Of a DNA stretch of 64,000 bases, positions 48,625 through 60,123 are shown piece after piece (the first letter of the stretch is position 1; every line of letters begins with the position of its first letter). Under the pieces are notes generated by a model. The model had not been told where the DNA came from, searched no databases, and saw only the letters and a list, made by a program, of their open reading frames with translations. The translations under genes were made by a program, and so were the position numbers. Source of the stretch: a virus (taxonomy: Duplodnaviria; Caudoviricetes); IMG/VR virus record IMGVR_UViG_3300037455_000173, positions 1 through 64,000 of that record. One strand, 5' to 3'.

Positions 48625-49119
48625 TCACACCTCACCGGTACATATACATATTTCAAGGTCAGTATGCTTGAACACTTCCTTAATAAGGTCTGAAACATCA
48701 TGCCAGCTCCTTTTATCTAGACCACAAGCTATTCTTGGCATACCCAACCGTTTAACATTTTTATACGCCGAATTAGCCGCTAACTGTTCACGTAAAGCTA
48801 CCAACGATTCTCTAACGGTATTAAGGGTTGGTTTATTCCAGAAATTTTCTTTGGTTACTAGATTAGCTACACGATATACACCATTTTCTGGAGTATCCAT
48901 CTTCAGCTCTCGATTTAGATTAATTATTACACATCTACCCTTGCCTTCCCAGCCAAAGGTTGTTTGTGTCATACGTAACCACATATTCATCTTAAATCTC
49001 TTTCGGAATTCTCTAGCAATTCCTGCACCTAATACATAATCAGCTGAGATACAATGTGCTAATAGATATTCCTGAGGTAATGAAAATAGGTCAATCGGTC
49101 GTTCGATGTATATCATCAT
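48625..49119 (-). CDS. Macrodomain ADP-ribose glycohydrolase (Poa1p/TARG1/DarG-like)
   Basis: LAHCISADYVLGAGIA, NLVTK, KPT, MPRIACGLD…W. Confidence 0.9.
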   Translation of the reverse strand: MMIYIERPIDLFSLPQEYLLAHCISADYVLGAGIAREFRKRFKMNMWLRMTQTTFGWEGKGRCVIINLNRELKMDTPENGVYRVANLVTKENFWNKPTLNTVRESLVALREQLAANSAYKNVKRLGMPRIACGLDKRSWHDVSDLIKEVFKHTDLEICICTGEV

Positions 49120-49122
49120 GGT

Positions 49123-50358
49123 TCACTCCTTACCTAGTAACCGTAACGCCGCTTGCATATCTCGCCATACATATTCAGATTTATCTGTACAGGACTCCAC
49201 ACAGCACGCTACGTTTTCACCGCGATAGTGTTTACAACTTATACAACGTACGGTATGTATGTCTGCTACAGCATGCTGTAGCAACTCTTTGCACACACCG
49301 TTTTCTTTGTTGAGGTAACTACACGCATTTAATACTATTTCTAGTAAATCTTTTTCTAAGTGAGCACCGCCGGTAAGACGCATTACAGACTTACCAGTCC
49401 TATTATGTTCTCGCAAAATAGATAGTGCTTTCTCTAAAGTTACTTCTGTCATTAATGTCTCCTTATGCTGATACTAATTTGAGCTCCTTTGCTAGAACTA
49501 TTTCTAGATTATTCGCTAACCAATGAAATTCCCTTACGTCATCGGTAAGTTTCAGATTAGAACCATCTATAGGAATTAACTTCTTATCAGCATAGTAGGC
49601 GCCACCGATACATAGCTTTCGGTCACCGAAATACTCATAGATTAATATCGCTACATTGGTACGTAATCCAAGAATAGTATTTAGACTGTTTACATTACTC
49701 ATCTTTCTCGCCTCGTTTCTTGCGTAATACTAATCTATCATATGCTTGACTATCAAATTTACCGGTTTTACTGAAATGAATTAAGACCATTAAGGCATTA
49801 ACCAATTCCTGAGCTAATGCACCTAGATATGCTTCTTGCAGTAACTCTGTATCACCACCTAATATTATCGCACCTCTAGTACTGAAACAGATAAATCTAG
49901 GTCTATTTGGTAGCCCAAATCTAACTGTAATCTCGAATGGACCTTCATGATAAAAATCTGACTGCATAGTCGAATCTATTGTTACCTTAATATCGTTACC
50001 GTCTATCTGATTTGGTATTATATCGTCAACAACCTTAGCGGCTGATTTTACCAAATCCTTTAGATACGGATTATTCATATAAGAGTTGGTTACATGAATA
50101 CGCACTGATGGTGTTACGTTCATGTACATCTCGTACTTACCGTCTTCGTAACCGGTAATTATTTCATAATTCAGTTCCTCGTCCATATCCTGCCTCCTCT
50201 AGATATGCATTAATATCGTCTATCAAGCAACTACCGTCGCAATACGCTTCATCATAGAACACTGTCTCTGAAGTTAAATCTAGCACATAGTGACTTTCTT
50301 TCTGTTTCATAAGTAAATCACGAGCTGCTCTTAATAGAGTAATTTCACGCTTTTCCAT
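49123..50358 (-). CDS. Four hypothetical early genes (49123..49452, 49463..49702, 49695..50186, 50164..50358)
   Basis: Tightly packed co-oriented ORFs with RBSs. Confidence 0.65.
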
Positions 50359-50524
50359 TCTTCTTCTCCTTGAGTGAAATGGCATTATCTACGATAGCAG
50401 CTAAGGATTTATATGTTAAACCAGCATACATACCTAAATCCAACTGCTCTTCTGTTATGCCATGTGCTCGCAACTTTCTTTGTAGTTCCTGTATCTGTGT
50501 GTCAGATGCATCATATTCTCTCAT
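50345..50524 (-). CDS. Hypothetical protein, 59 aa (MREYDASD…), absent from the ORF track
   Basis: AGGAGG RBS; first gene after a promoter; translated by hand. Confidence 0.7.
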   Translation of the reverse strand: MREYDASDTQIQELQRKLRAHGITEEQLDLGMYAGLTYKSLAAIVDNAISLKEKKNGKA

Positions 50525-50561
50525 AGCAAACCTCCTGTATATTTACACAAATTATATCTAT

Positions 50562-50594
50562 ATTATAACACAAAACCACATGAGTTACGAAGAT
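50562..50594 (-). promoter_or_regulatory. Class I promoter variant ATCTTCG-N20-TATAAT, within a 14-bp stem-loop (50574-50610)
   Basis: AACCACATGAGTTA/TAACTCATGTGGTT. Confidence 0.8.
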
Positions 50595-50600
50595 GCTAAC

Positions 50601-50873
50601 TCATGTGGTTCTCATTGCTTTTACTACAAGCGGTGCTAGATAAGCAGCCACCTGATATATATTTGCCTTTCGCAGTACGCATTTATTCGTACAATCATAT
50701 ACCCTATAATAACAGTCTTTCGATTTACGTGCCGCTGCTTCTATACGGTAGTCCCAAGGTCTAGGTGAACCCTTTAATACACACCACCATTGCGGTATAT
50801 TTTGAGACCAGACTTTCTTTTCTATATACTTCGCTAAGTCTTCGATATGAAATTCGCCACGAGTACTGGTCAT
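50601..50873 (-). CDS. Hypothetical protein, paralogue of 57181..57498
   Basis: IEDLAKYIEKKVW…YRVYD…AAYLAP. Confidence 0.7.
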   Translation of the reverse strand: MTSTRGEFHIEDLAKYIEKKVWSQNIPQWWCVLKGSPRPWDYRIEAAARKSKDCYYRVYDCTNKCVLRKANIYQVAAYLAPLVVKAMRTT

Positions 50874-50883
50874 ATCTATCCTC

Positions 50884-51650
50884 CTATTCTAACGGGATGA
50901 CTAATGCTTCCGGACTCATTAAGCATGCCGAATTCCTATCTAGATTAATATGATTCGGCGGAAAATCACCAGGATGTTTAGCCCAATCATCAGGCAAGTC
51001 TATATTAGCTACCTTCGTACCACAGGTAGTTGCCCATCTGAATTTACTACCTACAGGTAATTCAGCAAATCTAACCTTATCTTCTTCCTTATCAAGAACT
51101 TCCGGTAGACATGGTATGCATTCTATAGGTAAATCTGTTCTAAGCATTACTCTATGCCCATTTATTAGATTTATCGCATTAGGTGTTGTAGTGCCGATTT
51201 TACTGGTTACTTCTACATTACTAATCTTCTTATAGATAACACCACTGGTTTGCATTTTAAAGCACTTACCTACAGCTAGGTCAGCTAATGTAGATACTTC
51301 ACCTTCTCTAACATGAGATTGACATCTACCAAATGCATAGCTTATTTCTGTCTCCTGACACTCACCATCCTGGTTATGGATACAACCAGTGTCAGCACAA
51401 TATACTCTTGGCATAACTAATCCTCCTAGATATTTAACCAACGATATAACTTGTTAATACAACCGAATAGACAGCACGTGACCATATATAGTAATACTAT
51501 CGGCCAAAACCAAACTACCCATCCTAGACAATTATTCGTTGGGTTGAACTTTTCATAAGCCATTCCAAAACATATTCCAAAGAATATGTAAGCACCTAAT
51601 ATACCAAATATCATTAATGCAGTTGCTATTCCTACACCTATAAAGGTCAT
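50884..51650 (-). CDS. Two early genes: a Cys-motif protein (50884..51441) and a small membrane protein (51426..51650)
   Basis: CADTGCIHN…C; two hydrophobic segments. Confidence 0.65.
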
Positions 51651-52135
51651 TCTAGCTCACCTTCTTCTGCAATATAGATTACATCGGCACCTGAGATAGA
51701 ATCATCTGTCGTATGTAGATATATCAGGTCAGATGGAACACGTCGTTTATATAGTTGAACTGGCTTCGCTACACCGGCACTGCTATATCCGCACTCTGTA
51801 GCTACATTAACCTCGCAATCAGCTATTTCTGGGTATGTATCACATAGTCTAACCAAGGCGTCCGCCAGTTCACGCAGAGTAATAATTTCGGACTCCTCGT
51901 CATTTTCTTCGCAGTCACGATTACCTTGATATATCTGACTCCAGCACTTATCACAATCACATGAAGTAGCTGTGTCTACTCCAGGACAGATTCGGTAAGA
52001 ATCATCGAAACCAGCATAATCCATAGGACATCCTATTACACCGCCAGCACAGGATACATCAAGCTTGCTGGGCTGAATTGCTCCTATTATATCACGTAAC
52101 GGTTTACCGATAAACTCTGATAACATGGCACACAT
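51647..52135 (-). CDS. Cys-rich hypothetical protein sharing a domain with 58071..58460
   Basis: SEFIGKPLRD…GCP…CDKCWSQ. Confidence 0.7.
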   Translation of the reverse strand: MCAMLSEFIGKPLRDIIGAIQPSKLDVSCAGGVIGCPMDYAGFDDSYRICPGVDTATSCDCDKCWSQIYQGNRDCEENDEESEIITLRELADALVRLCDTYPEIADCEVNVATECGYSSAGVAKPVQLYKRRVPSDLIYLHTTDDSISGADVIYIAEEGELE

Positions 52136-52167
52136 GCTATTAACCTCCTTGTGTTTATTATATCTAT

Positions 52168-52200
52168 ATTATAACACATATTGGTATTATTTACGAAGTT
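52168..52200 (-). promoter_or_regulatory. Class I promoter
   Basis: AACTTCG-N20-TATAAT. Confidence 0.85.
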
Positions 52201-52220
52201 CTGAGAACTATGCTTATCTA

Positions 52221-52427
52221 TTAATACCCATTATATGCTTCCTTATAATGGCAGGTTATGTAGTCATCGATATATTCTTTAGCATCTCCTAGCGTAGACT
52301 CGTAACTCATAAATGTACCGTCTGGCATTTCTACTGCCCAGGCATGCTGAAGTAGGTCATGGGTTATAGTCCAACCTCTATATAGATACACACCCATTTC
52401 TAGCTTCTTTGCTTTAGATACTGCCAT
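52221..52427 (-). CDS. Hypothetical protein
   Basis: AAGGAG RBS. Confidence 0.65.
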   Translation of the reverse strand: MAVSKAKKLEMGVYLYRGWTITHDLLQHAWAVEMPDGTFMSYESTLGDAKEYIDDYITCHYKEAYNGY

Positions 52428-52431
52428 ACGA

Positions 52432-52773
52432 TTACTCCTTCCCTAGCTGAGCTGCTAACTCTGCGTCTATGTCAACAAAACCGCAGTCATTAACATATAG
52501 AGTTCGTATCGAACCGTCCTCTTCTGTTATCTGGATTACGTCGCTTACGCTAAGGGAGTGTCCGTCAAAATCTGCTGGGTGATTACAATTAAACTCCCAA
52601 TAGATAGAATCCGGAGTAGCTTCTGATTTACTACGCATACCAGTATAGATATGCTCATACATTTTCGGGTCGATTGAACCGAACTCACGCTCGATAAATT
52701 CGTATGACTTGAACAGGCGTTCATCTGCTTCATCACTATCTTTAAGCTGCCAGATATCGATTCTCTTTTCCAT
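52432..52773 (-). CDS. YodL-domain protein
   Basis: IWQLK, YEHIYTG, FNCNHPADFDGHSLSVSDVI, YVNDCGF; true start ATG 52773. Confidence 0.85.
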   Translation of the reverse strand: MEKRIDIWQLKDSDEADERLFKSYEFIEREFGSIDPKMYEHIYTGMRSKSEATPDSIYWEFNCNHPADFDGHSLSVSDVIQITEEDGSIRTLYVNDCGFVDIDAELAAQLGKE

Positions 52774-52815
52774 AGGTACCTCCTTAAGATTTATGTGTTT
52801 GTTTATTGTACCTAT

Positions 52816-52848
52816 ATTATAACACATTAAGACGTGGGTAACGAAGTT
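52816..52848 (-). promoter_or_regulatory. Class I promoter
   Basis: AACTTCG-N20-TATAAT. Confidence 0.85.
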
Positions 52849-52849
52849 A

Positions 52850-54473
52850 TTAGTTACTCTTAAACATATAGTTGATAAGCTTAGAAAGACCTATACCGAT
52901 AGCAATACCAGCATACGCCATGAGAACACCTTTCGTTTCATAGTGGTCTCTGAGCTTATTAGCATCGTCCTTACTATACTTCTTAGCTTCCTTTACTAAG
53001 CTACTAAAGTTTCTGTCGTCGCTAGAATCAAAATAATTTCTAGACATATACATCCTCCTTTCTATTAGCAATGTCGTCTAAAGTCATAATAGGTATAATC
53101 ATCATCCAAGAACTTTGCTTCAGCCGCTGAGCGCCAATCATCGTTGGTTAGCTCATAACCGCTCTCACGCAATTCATCACTATCTTTCCCCTCACTGTCG
53201 AGATAATCCCAGACATCGTCCTCGTCAACCTGAACTTCACAGGTTACTTCATACCTTCTCATTATTCAATTCCTTTCATACATCTTACGTACCTTAACCA
53301 ATGTATCTGCCAGCATTTCCCAGTCTAGCATAGCTCTATGCTTTGTAGATTCACAGATTAAGGGCTTAACATGACACTCTGGGTTAAAACAACCAGCAAC
53401 CCAGACTTTCTTGTCTATATTCTGCATCTCGATTGGATAGTCACAGAGTGGGCACTTTCTATGCACCTCATAGCGAACCAGAACGTGCTCTTTTAATGTA
53501 GTATTAGTCTTATTCATACGCTAATCCTCAATTGTCGAGCTCATGATATAATTTATCAGGCGTAATTCCTAGACTATTAAGCCAATCAGCACACTCTTCA
53601 GCTATACGATAACTACTAAAGAATACTGTCGGGTAGGCTAATGTGTAGCAATAACTACTTGAATATTTTTTCTCATCAACACTATATAACACATAATGCT
53701 TCTGGGCATGGCTATTAGTCCAATCAGGACAATAATCGAGGTCATAAGCAGCTTTATAGGCTAACAGCATGTCATTAAGTTTCTTGTTAGCATATGCTAA
53801 TTTAGCTAAAGATTGGTTTACATAATACTGATAGGGATTTTTCTCATTCTCAGTGAACTCAAAACTACCATGTCCTATCAGACAAGACTGGTTGAGAAAA
53901 TAAGAACGAGAATTATTAATCTTATTGATATACTCGATGGGAGCAATTTCTGGTTTCTCCTCGACCGTGTCGCACTCTTTCTCGATTTCCGCAAACCGTT
54001 TCAGATATTCCTCTGTTAATGCTTTCAATTTTTCTGCCTTTGTCATATAACTACCTCCTAGATTTGGCTTAGTCGCCATAATAACCTATATCATACAAAT
54101 CAGATAATCTAACCATATGTAACCCATCATTTTCGTCTTCAACTACCCAGATAGAGTCTAGACTTGTAATAGCAAACTGCACCTCACCGATAAGCACTAC
54201 ACTACCAAATTTATCTGATGTAGCGCAATCACCTGGTTGTGGTTCATCAGTACGACTAACAAATGATGACATATTTTCTAACCTCGCTTTCTTTTGTTCT
54301 GCTAATAGCTTCCTGTACTCATCTTCTAGCTTTATAAGATGATTAAGTTGATTTATCAAGCTCAGCGTGAACCGTTTACCACAAGCACGCGAGGTTATCC
54401 ACGGCACATTATTGTGTATGCCTGCAGTTAACCCCTCGATTAGTTGTTGTGGTGTTAGAATCTCGTAAGGCAT
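52850..54473 (-). CDS. Five early genes (52850..53071; 53065..53262; 53266..53517 Lar-like Zn ribbon; 53528..54079; 54069..54473)
   Basis: Packed ORFs; CPLC…GCFNPEC in 53266..53517. Confidence 0.65.
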
Positions 54474-54504
54474 GCTAAATCATCTCCTTGTACAATATAT
54501 AAAT

Positions 54505-54537
54505 ATTATAACACATAAACACCACAGCAACGAAGTT
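54505..54537 (-). promoter_or_regulatory. Class I promoter
   Basis: AACTTCG-N20-TATAAT; abuts the upstream stop codon. Confidence 0.85.
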
Positions 54538-57104
54538 TATAACTTATCGATATCGTTTTTCACTCTATCGAGTATCGATATCAACTTGTGGCATATGTCC
54601 ATATCAGATATTGTATATAATAACCCTAACCTGTTGGCAGAATTGATATACGCAAGGAGTCGGATAATAAAATCCTCCTTCATGAATATATCTATATCGA
54701 TTTTATTACAATAATAGACAGCCTGGTCGCCTTTCATTCTGATGGCAGAATTAAATAGATATGCTGACTTGTCAGACAATATAGCACGCCATACCCAATC
54801 TAGAATAGCTGATTCTAAAGCGAATGTAGCTATAATCTCCTCTTCCTGAATATCGTTATATTCCATTTGATTATATTCTGACGCATGACGTAAGAATCGT
54901 TCTTTATGTGCTTCGTAATCCGTTCTTATCTTCTCTACCAACTGGTCAGCTAATTTTCTATGTTCTTCTTGATTTTCCCACATCGTTCAATCCTCCGGAT
55001 TTATTACCTTAGCTGCGTCCTCTTCAATCTGTATCATAGTTAGTTGAAGAGTATTCAGTTCGGTTTGGAGGTCATCGATAATCTCAGGTAGATATTCCCA
55101 ATAGCCTTCATCGTGAAGTCGATAAATACCCTTACCTCTTAGTCCAGTTTCCCAGCCCATCTCTTCATATAGGTACTGAGCCACTTCTTCAGGATTGTCT
55201 CTAATAAGCATATAGCAATATGAATTAAACCTATCTTGGTTAATTCTATTGAGATTCTCGTCATAGACAAGAAAACTATGCTCCCGCCTTTCGATTTTAG
55301 CTTCGTGTGCTAAACATTCTTCTTTCGTGTCGAATACTTTACCGTCATCTGCTAGATATTTCATTATTTACTCCTTCTTTGCTGTAGGAAAATAAGCTCC
55401 TACCTTACGTCTTATAGGTGAATATTCATATACAACATAAGCAAGCAAATGTCCTTCGAACTCACTAGAAGTAATGCTTACTACCTTATAATCACGATTA
55501 TCTTTTAGATAGTCATTGATGTAATCCCGAATAGCTAAAGGACTACCTCCATACACTTCTACGAACTGTCTAGCTTGATACGAACGTAACTTAAAGACTA
55601 TCGTAGATGAACAATGCCAATCTAATCTTTGCAAATTCTTATCTATCAACTCATATTCTGGATTGTCTTCTAAGAAATCAGCAATATAGTCGTCTATCTC
55701 TTTTTCAGTACCCATGTACTGCATGGTAATAATTTCTTGTTTATTCTCCACCGACTTACTCCTCCTCTGTGTACGTTCCGTCGGTATTCTTCTTAAGATG
55801 AATACCCGCTGCTAGAACGTCCTTGATAGTAGCAAGTCTAGACTCCTCATTAACCTGTATTACGAAGTCTAATAGAGACTCACGAGTTAAATCTGGTCTA
55901 TTTTTAAGTAATATTTCGATTACCTTTTCTTTAATCCTAGCGTTACCTTCAACCAAACCATATTTAGCAAGTGCTGTTCGATAACCGTTAAAGAAGTTCT
56001 GTATTAAATTAGGTGACATTACCTCTCTAAACCATAATAGTTGTGCTACCTGCACAGAATCTAGTCTTTTTCTCATATTAAGCAGTGCTTCCATACCGAA
56101 CAGCTCTTCCTGAACAGCAAAATCATCAGACTTTACTAGCACTGACAAACATAGATGTAGAAAAGTCATATCAGCAGTCCAACGTTCGTTCATTTTCAAT
56201 CCTCCTTATCCCGGTCGTATAATCTGGCTTTTTCTTCCACTTCTTCAGCTTTTCTATCCCAGCCGTATAGTCTAGCTTTTTCTTTCAATTCTTCAGCTTT
56301 TCTTAACCGTTCTGCTTTAGTCTCTATGCTATCGCGAACTGTCATATAACCTGCGAAAAGACAGCCAGCTGCAATTATAATTTTATGTCCTTCTTTATTC
56401 TTTAGAATAGCGATAAGACATAATGCGGTAGCTAAGATGCAATTGATAACACCGAGAATAAATTTCGGTAGATTAATTATCTTCATTCTTCGCACCGTCC
56501 TTTCTTTCTCGCAGCTGACCACTTTTAGATTCTATTTCTTCTGCGGCTTCATCAGATACCAGTTGTCCTGCCTCTACATGCGTGTTGCACGTATCACAGC
56601 AACCACTAATATCAGATGCATCCATTCCGATATAACCCCCGCAGTTCGGACAAATCATTATAAATCCTCCTTGAATGGTTTCTTGTCGAGACCTGCCATC
56701 TTATAGATTTCTTCAGCATTTATCCTAGGCCAGTATTCTCGTTTTTCGCACATATCAATAATCTGTTGAGCAGTCATATGCTTATCTGCAGCTTCTAACG
56801 CCATACGGAGTGTTTCGATAGCTTTTTCTCCTGCACCTTCACCATTATCTCTATCATAGAGACTTGTATCGATAATATCAGGTGCGATATCTATTTTCAT
56901 TACCTTACCATTAAGATAGTCGAAATAGATTTCTTCTTTACCGTTCATTCCTATATGACGAGCTTGTTCGATACACTTCTTAGCTTTCTGAATATCCAGG
57001 TCACCCGTATAACCTAAGAAACTCATGCCCTGCATTTTTGAAGCCTGCCAAAGTGCTACCAACACCTTTGACTTATCCAGTCCGGTGATATCTACTATTG
57101 CCAT
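54537..57104 (-). CDS. Seven early genes (54537..54983; 54987..55364; 55368..55751; 55756..56199; 56196..56522 membrane protein; 56473..56658 Zn ribbon; 56658..57104)
   Basis: Packed ORFs with RBSs; start of the last corrected to ATG 57104. Confidence 0.65.
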
Positions 57105-57147
57105 AGATAATTCCTCCTTTGTGGTTACCCACATCATATTGTACCAT

Positions 57148-57181
57148 ATTATAACACATTGCGACATATTATCACGAAGTT
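57148..57181 (-). promoter_or_regulatory. Class I promoter (N21 spacer)
   Basis: AACTTCG-N21-TATAAT. Confidence 0.8.
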
Positions 57182-57498
57182 TATCGAATGTGTGACGCTT
57201 GCCAACGCTGTAGCCAGATAAAGAACAAGATGGTTTCAAATTCTTCCTTCTCTCTAAAGGCTCTCAGTATGAACGGCGAAAGGTACGCCGCTAATCCATG
57301 TATAGTTACACCACGTATCAAGCAGTTATCATGAGCATCGTAAAGACGGTATGAATAACTATGCTCATTGTAATACTCTAGCTTGAATTTTAGATGAATC
57401 GGACCAGTTATCGAGTATAGCTCTGCAAACCAAGGCATCGGCCATGCATTCCATATCTTAGGTTCGAGATACTCAGCTAACTCGTCTATGCTAATCAT
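57181..57498 (-). CDS. Hypothetical protein, paralogue of 50601..50873
   Basis: IDELAEYLEPKIW…YRLYD…AAYLSP. Confidence 0.7.
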   Translation of the reverse strand: MISIDELAEYLEPKIWNAWPMPWFAELYSITGPIHLKFKLEYYNEHSYSYRLYDAHDNCLIRGVTIHGLAAYLSPFILRAFREKEEFETILFFIWLQRWQASHIR

Positions 57499-57516
57499 AA
57501 TATCACCCTTGCTTGA

Positions 57517-58896
57517 TTATAGATTTTTAAGTTGCTGTTCAGCATCATACAGTTGCCGTTCAAGGCGATATCGTATCTCATTAAGGATAAGATTACGAAC
57601 ACACCCGACGGGAACGGTTACATAGGATTCATAAGTCTTGCGACCGTCTTTAGCAGCTATGCTTACTTCCGGTGCTTCTTGAATATATGTTAGGTCATCT
57701 AGCATTCTTTTTAATGCCTTAATTTTATCAGATAGCCTATTAGCTTCCTCAAGTCTTTCTAGAGTCACGACGTCACCTCATCTCTGAGCATCTAACCGAG
57801 CTCTTCTCTTGATATAACAGCTCGGACAAGTGCATTTGCCTTCCAGCCAAACCATATCGTCATAGTTGACTGACTGCTGACAGTCCGGACAAAGACGATA
57901 GTCCTCTCTGTGCTCTGAAGATAGATTAACCCCAACGGTATAAGGCTGCTGAGCATCGTAAGATGCACAGCTGTCTGAATAGGGGTCGTCAATCGAAAGT
58001 CTTCCGAGTGTACAGACGTGACCTTCTGAGTGGTCACAGAATCTACAAGTTATACAATGATTATCCATAATTAGTCCTCCTTATGATATCCGGTATATAG
58101 CTGGTCCCAGCAGTCTGAGCAATTGCCACCTGAAGCATCACATAGACAATAGTCACGACTAAAGAGTGTATAATGATGTGGACACCCAGATACTCCGTAA
58201 ATGTATGTATCACCTGTCTTCCTGGGATATATAGCGTTAACAAGGTCTCGCAACGGTTTGCCTATATATTCTGAAAATTCTTTAGGTTTATTAGCATGAC
58301 GTTTGATTTTATTCTTATCAGTGCCATAATCCTTCGGTATGCTAGATACATCCTCGACAATGTCGTAGACGACCTTTACATCTGCAAGGAACTGAGGATT
58401 GTCTTCTAGAACAGTCGATAACTTGTCATACTCAGCTTGCGTACAAATTATCTTTGCCATAAGATTACCTCCTTGCTTGTTCGTCCGGAGTACGAAGCCA
58501 CTCATATCTTGGCAGCGTATCAATCTGTTCTGCTGTGAGATTACCCAGCAGAATTCTTCGAGCTGTATCCTTAGCGTTCGGAACCTTTCCAGCGAAACTC
58601 TCCGCTTTTCTAAAATAGTGATACTCTGCTTGCTCCAGGTCATCTGTATCCCTGAAAATACCGCTACCCACTTCTATCAGTGCCATATAAGTACCTCCTT
58701 ATCCTAATGCGTCCCAGAATTCTTTAGAAGTAATCTGGTAAATCTTCGTGGGGTCATAGGCATCTGCTATGATTACCTCACCATTCTGCTCGTACATCGA
58801 GACTATCACTCTTTTACCGTCACCGTGTTTACCAATTATGCTATCCTGTACTCGATTTTCTTCATTCAAGTCACGTTTTATGGATAAATCTTTCAT
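57517..58896 (-). CDS. Five early genes (57517..57768; 57778..58068 Cys-rich; 58071..58460; 58465..58686; 58699..58896)
   Basis: RBS-supported starts; two starts corrected from the ORF track. Confidence 0.65.
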
Positions 58897-58932
58897 ACTC
58901 GGTCCCTCCTTGTGTTGTATTACTGTACCTAT

Positions 58933-58965
58933 ATTATAACATAAAACGGTACGAAACACGAAGTT
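58933..58965 (-). promoter_or_regulatory. Class I promoter within a 7-bp stem-loop (58947-58973)
   Basis: AACTTCG-N20-TATAAT; CGGTACG/CGTACCG. Confidence 0.85.
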
Positions 58966-59012
58966 GCGTACCGCCACTTTATGGTACATGAAGCACCTTC
59001 AGAAGTATAATA

Positions 59013-59504
59013 TCACCTCTCTATCTTCTCAAAATAGTAGTTCGACGGGTCCAGAACATTCCAACGTATTCTCTCCTCGAACTCATTACTCAGCTCATAG
59101 AAGTATTCACACTCAGATTCCTGAATTTGAATTATGTCATTGACCGAGTTAATAGCCAGCCAACAATGCGACGCAACAGGCTGTAGGTTTTCGTCCCAGA
59201 GAGGTATTTGACCTACCAACTGTATGTCTTCTTTCTTACGTTGTGCCATTATTCCAGGTCTAGGTGCGGCAGCCTTAACCACTTCTTGAGTTACAATGCG
59301 CAGAGCATCAGGTCTAACGTCATAGGTACGTCCTTGCCACTGAACGCGAGCCCAGACTCCTTCCATGTTCATCCAGAGCTTGTCGAAATGAACAGGACGC
59401 CCAGCTGGGATATTTGCATAACCACGAGCAAGCTGAGTTTTCCAATCTCCGTCGCTACATTCACGCTTAGTCGTAAAATTCCTGATTGTTTCTGCCATAT
59501 TCAA
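59013..59504 (-). CDS. Hypothetical protein with an SH3-like N-terminal part
   Basis: WARVQWQGRTYDV; GGAGG RBS. Confidence 0.6.
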   Translation of the reverse strand: MNMAETIRNFTTKRECSDGDWKTQLARGYANIPAGRPVHFDKLWMNMEGVWARVQWQGRTYDVRPDALRIVTQEVVKAAAPRPGIMAQRKKEDIQLVGQIPLWDENLQPVASHCWLAINSVNDIIQIQESECEYFYELSNEFEERIRWNVLDPSNYYFEKIER

Positions 59505-60123
59505 TCCTCCTCTCCCTTAGAGCTGCACGGAGTGCGCAGTATCTAAGTTTTGCTTCATTCAATTCCCTATTATCAGTAAGCCCTCCGGTATATCGTAAAT
59601 CTGCTAGCCATGACTTAGGTATAGCACGGAGATTGTCAAGGTTATAATTCATGATATCACCATCGAGATGAATCAGCTTCATGTCGTCAGACAGCTTACC
59701 ATTCGCACGCTCCCAGACAGCGGTGCTGGCATACTCAATGCGGTCGTCTAGTTCAACGCCAACATCACCGCCCTTATAGAATGCGGGTAGACCGTGGCGG
59801 ATAATCAGGTCACCTTCCTGATATTTCTGCTCAGCAAAAACCAAGCCGCCCTTAGACTTCTCCCAGCTTTCATCGGTGTAGTGCTTTCGATACTCTTCAC
59901 CTTGTAAACCAGTTTGCCAGGAGCGGTGACCATCCTTGAACCTACCGTCGTTACCGTTATGTAAACCTCGCTTGTTACACCAGCTGGTTACAGTTGTTTT
60001 CGCATACGATGTACCGAACGTAGCGTTGAAACCTTCAGCCAGCTGTGCTCTGCTTTCCTTCGGCGCGTGCTCACGCAGATAGGATTCTTGCTCCTCGGTG
60101 AGCTTGTGATGTGCAGATGTCAT
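59467..60123 (-). CDS. HNH endonuclease with an N-terminal HTH-like region
   Basis: VWERANGKL…IHLDGDIMNYNLDNL. Confidence 0.75.
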   Translation of the reverse strand: MTSAHHKLTEEQESYLREHAPKESRAQLAEGFNATFGTSYAKTTVTSWCNKRGLHNGNDGRFKDGHRSWQTGLQGEEYRKHYTDESWEKSKGGLVFAEQKYQEGDLIIRHGLPAFYKGGDVGVELDDRIEYASTAVWERANGKLSDDMKLIHLDGDIMNYNLDNLRAIPKSWLADLRYTGGLTDNRELNEAKLRYCALRAALRERRIEYGRNNQEFYD

